Assembly: GCA_046566505.1 (NCBI GenBank)
Contig: JBKHWN010000117.1
Location: forward strand, 1-52,332
Direction: 5' to 3'
Origin: Gammaproteobacteria bacterium
GTDB lineage: Bacteria > Pseudomonadota > Gammaproteobacteria > Pseudomonadales > JADFDG01
Length of the DNA stretch: 52,332 nt
The position numbers were made by a program, and so were the translations under genes. Each line of letters begins with the position of its first letter. Position 1 is the first letter of the stretch. A model generated the notes under the pieces. That model searched no databases. It saw only the letters and a list, made by a program, of their open reading frames with translations, and was not told where the DNA came from. This document shows positions 18,155 to 32,021 of the stretch, piece by piece.

Positions 18155-21705
<3,551 letters not shown>

Positions 21706-21721
<16 letters not shown>

Positions 21722-22176
21722 CCGGAGTGAAGCAGGTGGACCAGGAATCGATCGTCTACGGATGCATACGCGACCAGGCCGGTGACGATGCCGACCGCGA
21801 GGCACGCCGGCGCGCGAACGTCGAGGCGCTGGCGTCGCTGCCGGACGATGACGGCTTTCCGTTGCTGCCGCGAGCCATGTTCGGTGCCTCGGGTGTCGAT
21901 CGCTGCGACGGCACCTATCACACGCAGGTGATCCATTTCGGCGCCAGTTACCGTGCCATCGAATACGAATGGGAGCAGTGGCTGGCCCGCTTCGAGGCGC
22001 TGCTGTCGCGCATGTACTGGGTGAGCGCGGTGGTGCACCTGCAGACCGAGCTCTCGGGCAACCATACCTTCATCTACGAACCGCGCGGTGGCGTGCACCG
22101 TCCGGGCGATGGCCCGCTGGCGGTGCGTTGCGAGTGGGAACACGACGTCGTGTTGCGCCCCGGACGGCGATCGTGA
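21706..22176 (+). CDS. Hypothetical protein
   Basis: 156-aa ORF with coding-like codon bias. Its stop overlaps the yheU start (GTGA). True start uncertain (GTG at 21706, 21727 or 21736). Confidence 0.5.
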
Positions 22177-22415
22177 TCAGCGTGCCCTGGCGCGAGATTT
22201 CGCCGGAGACGCTGGATGCGCTCATCGAAGAATACGTGACGCGTGACGGGACGGATTACGGCGAGGCCGAGGTGCCGTTGACACGCAAGGTCGACGAAGT
22301 GCGCGCGCTGTTGCAGCGCGGCGAGGCGCTGGTGGTATTTGACGAATTGACCGAGACCGTCACCATCCTTGATCGCGAAACCTTTCGCTTGCGCAGTGCT
22401 GCAGCCGGCAGGTGA
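22173..22415 (+). CDS. yheU: YheU-family protein (UPF0270)
   Basis: ISVPWREISPETLDALIEEYVTRDGTDYGE..VRALLQRGEALVVFDELTETV parallels E. coli YheU from memory. GTG start at 22173. Confidence 0.8.
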   Translation: MISVPWREISPETLDALIEEYVTRDGTDYGEAEVPLTRKVDEVRALLQRGEALVVFDELTETVTILDRETFRLRSAAAGR

Positions 22416-22508
22416 CGGGCTACCGATCCTGTGGCGAGCCAGCCACGTCAGTGATCGCTCCCGGGTTCTGTGGCGAGCCGGCTACGCCGGCGACCCCGAG
22501 GTTACCGG

Positions 22509-24635
22509 TTACCGCTTCCCCCGCCGACGCGCCCGTTGCAGGAACCGGCCCGGCGCCAGCGCTGCTGCCACTTCGCTGTCCACCGGCAGCGGTTCGCCCT
22601 CGACTTGCGCGGCGATGATCTCCGCGCCAAGCAGTGAAAAACTGATCCCTTTCGCCCCCAGCGCGCCGAGCACATAGAGGCCCGGCAACGCGGGCGGCGC
22701 CTTACCGTCCGGTTGCGCTGCAAAGGCTTCGGCATCGGCTATTGGCCCGATCACCGGCAGGTAGTCCGGCGTCTGCGCGCGGAACCCGGTGCGTCCGCCG
22801 ACCACATCGCAGCCGGTGTCGCCGAGAGCCACGTATAGCGACGGGCAGGCGCTGGCGAGATCCGCCAGGTTTTCCGCGTGGTCGGTGCTGCGCACGGCGG
22901 GATCGTCGTCCCGCGGGCCGAAGGTGGCGCCGACGCAGTGCACGCCGTCGCGTGCTGGCGTCACATATCCCGCATGACAGACCACCGCGCGCAGCGCGAC
23001 GGATTCTCCGGTGGCGGCGACATGGGTCACCTGTCCGCGCACCCGGCGCAGCGGCAGCCAGCTCGTTTGGGCAAACGCACCGGCAGCGAGCGCGTTGGCG
23101 ACCACCACCACATCGAATACTTCCTCGTGTGCGTCAGCGTCACCGTCACCACGACCGGCAAGGCTGTCCTCGCCGTTCACGTCCTGCTGCCGTAGCGACC
23201 AGCCCGCTTCGCCACTCGACAGCGCCGTCACGCAGGTGCCGGCTTTCAGCGCGATGCCATCGTGTGTCGCCAGCGCGCGGCACAGCGCCGGCGGATGCAC
23301 CCAGCCGGCTCCGGCAAACCAGAGCCCGCCGCTTTCCATTTCGATGCCGGCCAGCGTGCCCGCTTCGGTGGCGTCGACCGCGCGCAGCACGGCCGCAGGC
23401 CAACGGCTACAGGCTGCAATGGCAGCAAACTTGCCGTGGTCGTCATCCTCCTCGCCACCGGGCAACTGCAGCAGGCCGCAGCGCGCCCAGTGCACGCCGT
23501 CCGGTACGCCCAGCACCTGCGGCAGCCGGGCCAGCGCATACAGGTAGCTGTCGCGGTACCAGCGGTTCTGCGCCGTCTCGTGCAGCGAGAACTTCGGGTA
23601 CACCGCGCCCGCGAGATTGCCGCTGGTTTCTGCCGCCAGTGCGTCGCGCTGCTCGATCAGCGTGACCTGCCAGCCGCGTTCGGCCAGCGCCCGTGCCGCC
23701 GCGCAGCCGGCGAGCCCGCCGCCGATCACGGCAGCGCGGCGTGCCGGGCGGGGTGCCGCGTCCTGCGGTGCGCGACTTGAGCGAGCGGCAGGCGCCAGAG
23801 CCGTCTCCGTTGGCACGACAGTGGCCAGCGCCTGCCCGAGCGAACCGGAGCGCGGAGCAGGATGCGGCACCCCGCCCGGCATTCCACGGGGCCTCTCGCC
23901 CGGCACATACCGCCCCCGCAACATGTCCCGCTTGCTGCCGAACCCCGCCGTCTTCTCCACCTCGAAACCGACCGCTGCCAGCCCGCGCCGCACATCGCCG
24001 GCCGCCGTGAAGGTGGCGAACGTCGCATCCGGCGCGGACAGTCGCGCGATTTCCGCGAACAGCCCGTCCTGCCACAAATCGCCGTTCTTCGCCGGCGCGA
24101 AACCGTCCAGAAACCACGCGTCAACGTGCGCCTGAAGACGCGGCAGCAGGGCCGTCGCATCGCCCAGCAGCAGCGTCAGCCGCACCCGCCCGCCGTACAG
24201 CAGGCGATGGTGGAAGCCGGTGACGGATGGCGGCAACGCCGCGCGCAGTTCTGCGGCGAGTGTCGCCAGTTCCGGCCAGCAGGCGTGCGCGCGTTCGAGA
24301 TCGTTGCTGGCCAGCGGAAATTTCTCCGTGGTCACGAAATGCAGCGTCGCGTCGTCCGGCGCCAGCGCCAGGAACGCCTGCGCCGCGACCAGGAAGTTGA
24401 GCCCGGTGCCGAAACCGGTCTCGCCGATGGTGAACGCGCGGAAATCGCCCAGTGCCAGGCGCAGGCGCAGCCGGTTGCCGTCGATGAACACGTGGCCGGT
24501 TTCCGCGATGGCGCCGTCCCGCGAGAAATACACATCACCGAAAGGGCGCGACACCGGCGTGCCGTCGCGCCAGTCGAGTTCGGCGTTTTCCAGTCGTTCG
24601 GGGAAGGGCGGCAACGGGCGTAGCGGTCCCGGCAT
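22509..24635 (-). CDS. mnmC: Bifunctional tRNA mnm5s2U34 methyltransferase / FAD-dependent cmnm5s2U34 oxidoreductase
   Basis: N-terminal DWRDGTPVSRPFGDVYFSRDG..ETGFGTGLNF methyltransferase. C-terminal DAO-type domain with AAVIGGGLAGCAAA dinucleotide fold. Confidence 0.9.
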   Translation of the reverse strand: MPGPLRPLPPFPERLENAELDWRDGTPVSRPFGDVYFSRDGAIAETGHVFIDGNRLRLRLALGDFRAFTIGETGFGTGLNFLVAAQAFLALAPDDATLHFVTTEKFPLASNDLERAHACWPELATLAAELRAALPPSVTGFHHRLLYGGRVRLTLLLGDATALLPRLQAHVDAWFLDGFAPAKNGDLWQDGLFAEIARLSAPDATFATFTAAGDVRRGLAAVGFEVEKTAGFGSKRDMLRGRYVPGERPRGMPGGVPHPAPRSGSLGQALATVVPTETALAPAARSSRAPQDAAPRPARRAAVIGGGLAGCAAARALAERGWQVTLIEQRDALAAETSGNLAGAVYPKFSLHETAQNRWYRDSYLYALARLPQVLGVPDGVHWARCGLLQLPGGEEDDDHGKFAAIAACSRWPAAVLRAVDATEAGTLAGIEMESGGLWFAGAGWVHPPALCRALATHDGIALKAGTCVTALSSGEAGWSLRQQDVNGEDSLAGRGDGDADAHEEVFDVVVVANALAAGAFAQTSWLPLRRVRGQVTHVAATGESVALRAVVCHAGYVTPARDGVHCVGATFGPRDDDPAVRSTDHAENLADLASACPSLYVALGDTGCDVVGGRTGFRAQTPDYLPVIGPIADAEAFAAQPDGKAPPALPGLYVLGALGAKGISFSLLGAEIIAAQVEGEPLPVDSEVAAALAPGRFLQRARRRGKR

Positions 24636-24711
24636 GAGGATCTCGATGGGTGGTCTCTGGACAGGCGGGCGGGCGATGCCGATAGTGCGCGCAGTCTAGG
24701 ACCCGCCGCGC

Positions 24712-25608
24712 ATGTTCGACACCATCCTCGCCATTGTCGCCCCCGTTGCCATTTGCGCCGCGGCCGGCTTCCTGTGGGTACGGTTCCGCCAGCCCTACGA
24801 CGCCGATTTCGTCGGCCGCCTGGTGCTGGCGGTTGCCGCGCCGTGCCTGACCGTCTCGGCGCTCGGCAAGGTGCGCCTGGGCACCGACGCCCTGCTGGCC
24901 ATGGCCGGCTACTGGGCCGTCACCTTCGTGCTGATGCTGGTGCTGGGCGCCGTGCTGGTGCGCCTGCTGCCGGCCGCCCGGCGCGCGCCCCTTGACCAGC
25001 GAGCCTACGTCGCCAGCCTGCTGTTTCCCAACGTCGGCAACATGGGCCTGCCGCTCTGCCTGCTGGCGTTCGGCGACGAGGGACTTGCGCTCGCGCTGGC
25101 CTGGTTCATGGTCAATTCGGTCGCGCACTTTTCGCTGGGCGTGGTCGCCTTCAGCGGCGGGCGCGCATCCCGCGAGTTCCTCGCCAACCCGATGGTGTGG
25201 AGCGTGTTCATCGCCGTGGCGATGGTGGTCGGCGACTGGCACCTGCCGCGCTGGCTGGGCAACACGCTCGAACTCATCGGCGGCATGACCATTCCGCTGA
25301 TGCTGGTGGCGCTCGGTGCGTCGCTGGCCAACCTCGACGTGCGACTGTTCGGCCGGGCGCTGCTGTTCAGCGTGGCGCGGGTCGGTGGCGGCTTCCTCGC
25401 CGGCCTCGTCGTGGTCCTGCTGTTCGGGCTGACCGGCACCGAGCGCGGCATCGTGCTGATCCAGGCGGCGATGCCGGTCGCGGTATTCAACTACCTGTTC
25501 GCCCAGCGCTACGGGCGCGCGCCGCAGGAAGTCGCCGGACTGGTGCTGGTGTCGACGCTGCTCTCGTTCGCGACCTTGCCGGCACTGCTCTGGTACGTGC
25601 TGCGCTGA
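24712..25608 (+). CDS. AEC-family (auxin efflux carrier-like) membrane transporter
   Basis: 298-aa polytopic protein. N- and C-terminal 5-TM halves resemble Mem_trans family members. Confidence 0.8.
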   Translation: MFDTILAIVAPVAICAAAGFLWVRFRQPYDADFVGRLVLAVAAPCLTVSALGKVRLGTDALLAMAGYWAVTFVLMLVLGAVLVRLLPAARRAPLDQRAYVASLLFPNVGNMGLPLCLLAFGDEGLALALAWFMVNSVAHFSLGVVAFSGGRASREFLANPMVWSVFIAVAMVVGDWHLPRWLGNTLELIGGMTIPLMLVALGASLANLDVRLFGRALLFSVARVGGGFLAGLVVVLLFGLTGTERGIVLIQAAMPVAVFNYLFAQRYGRAPQEVAGLVLVSTLLSFATLPALLWYVLR

Positions 25609-25769
25609 CGGGTACGGCTGCCGTCACCTGCCGTCAACGAAATTGAGCAGTCCCGTCATTGCCCCATGGCCCCCCGTCCGCCACCCTTCCGGCCGCTATG
25701 CCCGGGGGTTCGCCCCCGGCTGTTCCCGGCCCGCGCCAAGGCGGGCACCCACGACCCTGAGAGGAACCC

Positions 25770-26981
25770 ATGACCGAAGCCTTCATCTACGAAGCCCTGC
25801 GCACCCCGCGCGCCAAGGGCAAGAAAGACGGCTCGCTGCACACCGTCAAGCCCGTCGACCTGCCGATCACGCTGGTCAACGAGATGCGCCGCCGCTTCCC
25901 CAACCTGGACGTCAACACCATCGACGACATCATCCTCGGTTGCGTGGGTCCGGTCGGTGACCAGGGTTCGTGCATTGCGAAAACCGTCGCGCTGAAGGCC
26001 GGCCTGCCGGACACCGTCGCCGGCGTGCAGATCGACCGCTACTGCGCCTCCGGCCTCGAAGCCGTGAACATGGCCGCGCAGAAAGTGCGTTCGGGTTTCG
26101 ACAACCTGATCCTGGCCGGCGGCGTCGAGTCGATGTCGCGCGTCGCCATGGGCTCCGCCGGCGGCGCCTGGGCGATGGACCCGGAAACCAACTTCAAGAC
26201 CGGTTTCGTCCCGCAGGGCGTCGGCGCCGACCTGATCGCCACGCTGGAAGGCTGGAGCCGCGAGGACATCGACCGCTTCGCGCTGGAATCGCAGAAGCGC
26301 GCCGCCGCGGCCTGGGCCAATGGCTACGTGCGCAAGTCCGTCGTGCCGGTGAAGGACCAGAACGGTCTCACCATCCTCGACAAGGACGAGTACTTCCGCG
26401 TCGGCACCACGCTGGAAGCGCTCGGCTCGCTGCAGCCGTCGTTCGCCGTGATGGGCGAGATGGGCGGCTTCGACGCGGTGGCGCTGCAGAAGTACCACTG
26501 GGTCGAGAAGATCAACCACGTGCACACGCCGGGCAACAGTTCGGGCATCGTCGACGGTGCGTCGCTGGTGATGATCGGTTCGGAGAAAGCCGGCAAGCAG
26601 AATGGCCTGACGCCGCGCGCGCGCGTCATCGCCACCGCAGTTTCCGGCGGCGAGCCGACCATCATGCTGACCGGCCCCGCGCCGGCCACGCGCAAGGCGC
26701 TGGCGGTTGCCGGCCTGACCATGGACCAGATCGACCTGGTCGAGATCAACGAGGCATTCGCCTCGGTCGCCATGCGTTTCATGAAGGACATGAACGTCCC
26801 GCACGAGAAGGTGAACGTGAACGGCGGCGCGATCGCGCTGGGCCACCCGCTCGGCGCCACCGGCGGCATGATCATCGGCACGGTGCTCGACGAACTCGAG
26901 CGACGCAACCTCAAGCGCGGCCTGTGCACCCTGTGTGTCGGCGGCGGCATGGGCATCGCCACCATCATCGAGCGCGTCTGA
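25770..26981 (+). CDS. Acetyl-CoA C-acyltransferase (3-ketoacyl-CoA thiolase)
   Basis: Active-site Cys context [13 protein letters not shown]-terminal [17 protein letters not shown] and CVGGGMG thiolase signatures. Confidence 0.95.
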   Translation: MTEAFIYEALRTPRAKGKKDGSLHTVKPVDLPITLVNEMRRRFPNLDVNTIDDIILGCVGPVGDQGSCIAKTVALKAGLPDTVAGVQIDRYCASGLEAVNMAAQKVRSGFDNLILAGGVESMSRVAMGSAGGAWAMDPETNFKTGFVPQGVGADLIATLEGWSREDIDRFALESQKRAAAAWANGYVRKSVVPVKDQNGLTILDKDEYFRVGTTLEALGSLQPSFAVMGEMGGFDAVALQKYHWVEKINHVHTPGNSSGIVDGASLVMIGSEKAGKQNGLTPRARVIATAVSGGEPTIMLTGPAPATRKALAVAGLTMDQIDLVEINEAFASVAMRFMKDMNVPHEKVNVNGGAIALGHPLGATGGMIIGTVLDELERRNLKRGLCTLCVGGGMGIATIIERV

Positions 26982-27012
26982 GCGTCCACGGCTGAATTCG
27001 GAGAATAGAGAA

Positions 27013-29178
27013 ATGACTGAACAGACTTCGATCCGCTGGGAAAAGGATGCGGACAACATCGTCACCCTGACCATTGACGATCCCACCCAGAATGCCAACA
27101 CCATGAACGAGCTCTACGGCCGTTCGATGCTGGCAACCGTCGAGCGCCTGGCGAAGGAAAAGAACGACATCGCCGGCGTGTACGTCACCTCCGGCAAGGA
27201 GATGTTCTTCGCCGGCGGCGACCTGAACGACCTCTTGAAGGCGAAGCCGGAAGACGCGCAGAAGTTCCAGGACGGCGTCACCGAGATCAAGCGGCAACTG
27301 CGTGTGCTGGAAACGCTGGGCAAGCCGGTGGTCGCCGGCATCAATGGCCACGCGCTCGGCGGCGGCCTGGAGATTGCGCTCGCGGCGCACCACCGCATCG
27401 CCATCGACAATCCCAAGACCAAGATCGGCCTGCCGGAAGTGAAGCTCGGCCTGCTGCCGGGTGGCGGCGGCGTCACCCGCGTGGTGCGCATGCTGGGCAT
27501 CCAGAACGCGCTGATGAGCGTGCTGATGGAAGGCAAGGAGTTCGACCCAAAAGGTGCGAAGAGCGCCGGCCTGGTCAGCGATCTCGCCACCGACCGCGCA
27601 GACATGGAAGCGAAGGCCAAGGCCTGGATCAAGGCCAACCCGTCCGCGCAGCAGCCGTGGGATGTGAAGGGCTACAAGATGCCCGGTGGCACGCCGTCGA
27701 CACCGGCACTGGCGATGAACCTGCCGGCCTTCCCGGCCAACCTGAAGAAGCAGCTCAAGGGCGCCAACTATCCGGCGCCGCAGAACATCATGTTCGCGGC
27801 GGTGGAAGGCGCGCAGGTCGATTTTGACAACGCGCTGAAGATCGAGGGACGCTACTTCACGGAGCTCGCCGTCGGTCTTGTCGCCAAGAACATGATCAAG
27901 GCGTTCTTCTTTGACCTGCAGGCGATCAACAAGGGTGGTTCGCGTCCGAAGGGCGTGCCGAAGTACACCGCGAAAAAAGTCGGCATCCTCGGCGCCGGCA
28001 TGATGGGCGCGGGTATTGCCTACAGCTGCATGCGCGCCGGCATGGACGTCGTGCTCAAGGATGTTTCCCTTGAAGGTGCGGAGAAAGGCAAGGCCTACTC
28101 CGCCAACCTGCTCGACAAGTCTGTGTCCAAGGGCCGCATGACGAAAGAGAAGCGTGACGAGCAACTGGCGCGCATCAAGCCGACCGCGACCGCCGCCGAT
28201 CTCGCCGGCTGCGATCTGGTGATCGAGGCCGTGTTCGAGTCGCAGGAACTCAAGCACAAGGTGTTCCAGGAAATCGAGGGCGTCGTCGCGAAGGACTGCC
28301 TGCTCGCGTCCAACACCTCGTCGCTGCCGATCACCGGCCTTGCGGAAGGCGTGAAGGACCAGCCGAACTTCATCGGCCTGCATTTCTTCTCGCCGGTCGA
28401 CAAGATGCCGCTGGTCGAGATCATCCGCGGCCAGAAGACTTCGGACGAAGCGCTGGCGAAGGCCATCGACGTCGTGCTGCAGATCAAGAAGGTGCCGATC
28501 GTCGTCAACGATGCGCGCGGCTTCTACACCACGCGCGTCATCGGCACGCAGATCAACGAAGGCATCGGCATGCTGGCCGAGGGCGTGCACCCACTGTCGA
28601 TCGAGCAGGCCGCCGCGCAGGCCGGCTATCCGGTCGGCCCGCTGGCGATCATGGACGAGCTGACGCTCACCCTGCCGCGCAAGCTGCGCGAGGAAACGAA
28701 GAAGGCCATCGAGGCTGCCGGCGGCAAGTACACGCCGAGCGCGTCCGATGCCGTCGTCGACACGCTGATCGACAAGTTCGACCGCAAGGGGAAGTCGACC
28801 GGCAAGGGCTTCTACGATTACCCGCAGGGTGGCAAGAAGGCGATCGCGGCCGAAGTCGTCAGCGAGTTCTGGAAGCCGGGCACCGAGTTGCCGATGGAAG
28901 ACATGAAGGAGCGCATGCTCTTCATCGAGGCCATCGAGACGGTGAAGTGCTGGGAAGAGAACGTGATCCGCAATGTGGCCGACGCCAACATCGGTTCGAT
29001 CATGGGTATTGGTTTCCCGGCGTGGACTGGCGGCGTCATCCAGTACATGAACAACTACCCGGGCGGCATGAAGGCCTTCGTCGCACGTTCGCGTGAACTC
29101 GCGAAGAAGTACGGCGAGCGGTTCAATCCGCCGAAGCTGCTGGTGGAGAAGGCGGAGAAGGGCGAGCTGTTCGAGTAA
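27013..29178 (+). CDS. Multifunctional fatty-acid oxidation protein (enoyl-CoA hydratase / 3-hydroxyacyl-CoA dehydrogenase), FadB/FadJ-like
   Basis: N-terminal crotonase fold (FFAGGDLN, GHALGGGLEIALA). Central Rossmann motif VGILGAGMMGAGIA and the 3-HCDH C-terminal domain. Start moved to ATG 27013. Confidence 0.95.
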   Translation: MTEQTSIRWEKDADNIVTLTIDDPTQNANTMNELYGRSMLATVERLAKEKNDIAGVYVTSGKEMFFAGGDLNDLLKAKPEDAQKFQDGVTEIKRQLRVLETLGKPVVAGINGHALGGGLEIALAAHHRIAIDNPKTKIGLPEVKLGLLPGGGGVTRVVRMLGIQNALMSVLMEGKEFDPKGAKSAGLVSDLATDRADMEAKAKAWIKANPSAQQPWDVKGYKMPGGTPSTPALAMNLPAFPANLKKQLKGANYPAPQNIMFAAVEGAQVDFDNALKIEGRYFTELAVGLVAKNMIKAFFFDLQAINKGGSRPKGVPKYTAKKVGILGAGMMGAGIAYSCMRAGMDVVLKDVSLEGAEKGKAYSANLLDKSVSKGRMTKEKRDEQLARIKPTATAADLAGCDLVIEAVFESQELKHKVFQEIEGVVAKDCLLASNTSSLPITGLAEGVKDQPNFIGLHFFSPVDKMPLVEIIRGQKTSDEALAKAIDVVLQIKKVPIVVNDARGFYTTRVIGTQINEGIGMLAEGVHPLSIEQAAAQAGYPVGPLAIMDELTLTLPRKLREETKKAIEAAGGKYTPSASDAVVDTLIDKFDRKGKSTGKGFYDYPQGGKKAIAAEVVSEFWKPGTELPMEDMKERMLFIEAIETVKCWEENVIRNVADANIGSIMGIGFPAWTGGVIQYMNNYPGGMKAFVARSRELAKKYGERFNPPKLLVEKAEKGELFE

Positions 29179-29190
29179 TCGGGGTTCGCC

Positions 29191-29315
29191 CCCTCACCCC
29201 AACCCCTCTCCCCGCCGGGGAGAGGGGCATTCACGCCAAGCCTTCTCCGCCGGCAGTGAGAGAGGCGCTTGCTCCAACCCCTCTCCCCGTCGGGGAGAGG
29301 GGCAGGGGAGAGGGG
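29191..29315. repeat. Cluster of REP-like palindromic elements (CCCCTCTCCC-N5-GGGAGAGGGG family)
   Basis: Hairpins at 29203-29227 and 29278-29302 plus a degenerate copy between them and flanking GGGGAGAGGGG/CCCTCACCCC half sites. Same family recurs at 51287-51325. Confidence 0.8.
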
Positions 29316-29404
29316 TGCTTCATGACTTTGTCCGATGCGGTGGCGGCCGGCGCTGCCTATGCTTGCCGGCCTTCCTGTTGTCCGCCGCCCACGGGTCCGT
29401 CCGC

Positions 29405-30139
29405 ATGAAGTTCGCTTGGTACGCACTGCGTTCACTGGTTTTCTACATCGGCTACGCCTTCATCATGATCACGCAGACGCTGGCGTCGGTGGCGATCATG
29501 CCGTTCGTGTCGAAAGAGTTCCTGCACCGGTTCACGGTCACCGCCTGCCGCGTTTCCGTGCGCTGGGCGCGCATCGCCTGCGGCATTCGTTACGAACTCA
29601 TCGGTGCCGAAAATATTCCGCCGACGCCCTGCGTCGTGCTCGCCAAGCACCAGAGTGCCTGGGAAACGCTGTACCTGCAGGGCTGGCTGCAACCGGCAAC
29701 GACGGTGGCCAAGCGCGAATTACTGCGCATCCCGGTGTTCGGCTGGGGCATGGCGCTGACCGGGCCGATCGTGATCGACCGCGGGCAGCGCAGCAGTGCA
29801 CTGAAAGAAGTCATCCGCCAGGGCACCGAGCGGCTGCATGGCGGACAGCACGTGATCATCTATCCCGAAGGCACGCGCATGCTGCCGGGCCAGCAGGGCG
29901 AATACTCCGCCGGCGGCACGATGCTGGCGGTGAAGGCCGGTGTGCCGGTGCTGCCGGTCGCGCTCAATTCCGGTGACTGCTGGCCGCGCGGCACCTTGAT
30001 CAAGCGGCCGGGCCTGATCCGGGTGGAGATCGGAAAGCCGATCGCCAGTGAAGGGTCGTCCGCCAAGGAACTCATCACCCAGGCGCGCGACTGGATCGAG
30101 CAGACCCTCGCGGCGCGGACGCCCACCGCGTCGCCATGA
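29405..30139 (+). CDS. plsC: 1-acyl-sn-glycerol-3-phosphate acyltransferase
   Basis: AKHQSAWETL (HX4D-type variant), IDRG, IYPEGTR acyltransferase blocks. Start moved to ATG 29405, since the upstream part of the track ORF translates the REP elements. Confidence 0.85.
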   Translation: MKFAWYALRSLVFYIGYAFIMITQTLASVAIMPFVSKEFLHRFTVTACRVSVRWARIACGIRYELIGAENIPPTPCVVLAKHQSAWETLYLQGWLQPATTVAKRELLRIPVFGWGMALTGPIVIDRGQRSSALKEVIRQGTERLHGGQHVIIYPEGTRMLPGQQGEYSAGGTMLAVKAGVPVLPVALNSGDCWPRGTLIKRPGLIRVEIGKPIASEGSSAKELITQARDWIEQTLAARTPTASP

Positions 30140-31062
30140 GTCCGTTGCACGATATTCCGGTCAACCTGGTCACCGGGTTCCTCGGTGCCGGCAAGACCAC
30201 GCTGATCCGTCACCTGCTCGCCCATCGTCGTGACGGCGAGCGCATTGCGGTGCTGGTCAACGAGTTCGGTGAACTGGGTGTCGACGGTGCGTTGCTGGCG
30301 CAGGACGGTGTCTTTGTCCGGGAAGTGCCCGGCGGCTGCCTGTGTTGCGCGAACGGTGTGCCGTTCCGCATCGCGCTGAACCTGCTGCTGCAAAGGGCAA
30401 AGCCGGATCGCCTGCTGATCGAGCCCACCGGGCTGGGCCACCCGCTGCAATTGCTGGCGCAACTGGAGTCGCCGGAATACCGGGGCGTGCTCGATATCCG
30501 GGCCACGCTTTGCGTGGTCGATCCGGTCGCCGCACGAGACCCGCGGGTGGCCAGCAGCGCGATCTTCACCCAGCAGGTCGCCAGTGCGGATGTCATCGTG
30601 CTCGGCCACGCGGACCGCGCCACGGCCGATGACGAACAGGCGGCCCGCACGCTGCTGGCCGGCCTGCGTGCCGATGCCGCGGCGCTCACGGTGGTCAGCG
30701 TGGCGAAGGGCGCAATCGACCGGGCGTTGCTCGACACACGCCGTATACCGCGCGGCTGGATGCTGCTGCCGCCGCCGGCAGCGCACGACATGGAGCATGC
30801 CGGCGCCACCTGGCCGGCCGAGGCGGTCTTCGCCCATGACGACATCCTGGCGCTGCTGCTGGCGTTGCCGGTGTCCCGGCTCAAGGCCGTGCTGCACACC
30901 GACTGTGGCTGGCTGGAGATCAACGCGACACCGGAGGTCAGCGACTGGCGTGAGCGCGAGCCGGCGGCTGATTCCCGGGTCGAGGTGATTGCGCCGCGTG
31001 AACTGGCGTTGCCGGACCTGAAATCCATTCTCGACGGCCTGCAGCGCGGCGCCGACCGGTAG
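30136..31062 (+). CDS. COG0523 (CobW/ZigA-like) GTPase metallochaperone
   Basis: P-loop VTGFLGAGKTTL, metal-binding GGCLCCANG (CxCC), IEPTGLGHP. 4-nt overlap with plsC. Confidence 0.85.
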   Translation: MSPLHDIPVNLVTGFLGAGKTTLIRHLLAHRRDGERIAVLVNEFGELGVDGALLAQDGVFVREVPGGCLCCANGVPFRIALNLLLQRAKPDRLLIEPTGLGHPLQLLAQLESPEYRGVLDIRATLCVVDPVAARDPRVASSAIFTQQVASADVIVLGHADRATADDEQAARTLLAGLRADAAALTVVSVAKGAIDRALLDTRRIPRGWMLLPPPAAHDMEHAGATWPAEAVFAHDDILALLLALPVSRLKAVLHTDCGWLEINATPEVSDWREREPAADSRVEVIAPRELALPDLKSILDGLQRGADR

Positions 31063-31094
31063 AATCGTCGGCCTCGTCCTTGCCGGTTGCTCCC

Positions 31095-32018
31095 ATGCGT
31101 TACGACCCCGCGCTCCATGATCCCGTCGACAATGCGCGGCTGCTGCGGCTGGTCAGCCTGGCATCAGTACTCACGGCGCTGTTGCTGATCGGCGTGAAGT
31201 CGGCTGCCTGGGTGCTGACCGACTCGGTCAGCCTGCTGGCCTCGCTGGTCGATTCGGTGATGGATTCCGCTGCGTCCATCGTCAACTTCATCGCCATCCG
31301 CTTCGCGCTGACACCGGCGGACGATGACCACCGTTACGGCCACGGCAAGGCGGAGGCGTTGGCCGGCCTCGGACAGGCGGCATTCATCGCCGGCTCGGCC
31401 GTGTTCCTGATGGTCTACGCCGTCGACCGCATCCTGCATCCGGTGCCGGTGGCCGATACCGGCACCGGCATCGCGGTGATGCTGTTCTCCATTCTGGCGA
31501 CCGGTGCGCTGGTGCTCTTCCAGCGCCATGTGATCCGGCGCACGAAGTCGACTGCCGTCAGCGCCGATTCGCTGCACTATCTTGGCGACCTGCTGGTCAA
31601 CGTCAGCATCATCATTGCCCTGCTGGCGGCCGGTGCGGGTTACCTGTCGGTGGACGCCTGGATGGGCATCGCCATCGCGTTCTACATCGTCTGGAATGCG
31701 TGGGAAATCGTGCGCGATTCGCTGGCCCACCTGCTGGACCGCGAGGTGGGCGAGGAGGTGCGCGAGGAAATCCTGCGCATCGCCGGAACCCGGCCGCAGG
31801 TGCGTGGCGTGCATGACCTGCGCACGCGCCTGTCCGGTCAGCAGATGTTCGTGCAGTTGCACATGGAACTGGATCGCGACCTGCCGTTGTGGCGCGCACA
31901 CGAGACGGCGGATGCCGTCGAGCGAGCCATCCGGGAGCGCTTTCCAGGCTGCGACGTGATCGTCCATCAGGACCCGGTGTCGATCGCGCCGGCGTGCGCG
32001 GTGCCCGGGGAACACTGA
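31095..32018 (+). CDS. Cation diffusion facilitator family transporter
   Basis: Six TM segments with SLLASLVDSVMDS and HYLGDLLVN metal-site motifs, plus a C-terminal cytoplasmic domain (VHDLRTR..GQQMFVQLHMEL). Confidence 0.9.
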   Translation: MRYDPALHDPVDNARLLRLVSLASVLTALLLIGVKSAAWVLTDSVSLLASLVDSVMDSAASIVNFIAIRFALTPADDDHRYGHGKAEALAGLGQAAFIAGSAVFLMVYAVDRILHPVPVADTGTGIAVMLFSILATGALVLFQRHVIRRTKSTAVSADSLHYLGDLLVNVSIIIALLAAGAGYLSVDAWMGIAIAFYIVWNAWEIVRDSLAHLLDREVGEEVREEILRIAGTRPQVRGVHDLRTRLSGQQMFVQLHMELDRDLPLWRAHETADAVERAIRERFPGCDVIVHQDPVSIAPACAVPGEH

Positions 32019-32021
32019 GGC

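Noticed and set aside
29093-29404. N-terminal 104-codon extension of the plsC ORF. The same issue affects oadG (5854-6009), fumA (42586-42693), smc (14221-14625) and the DUF4143 ATPase (2668-2862).
   Set aside because: The extensions translate REP elements, intergenic DNA or a gene remnant. Internal ATGs give proteins that start where family homology starts.
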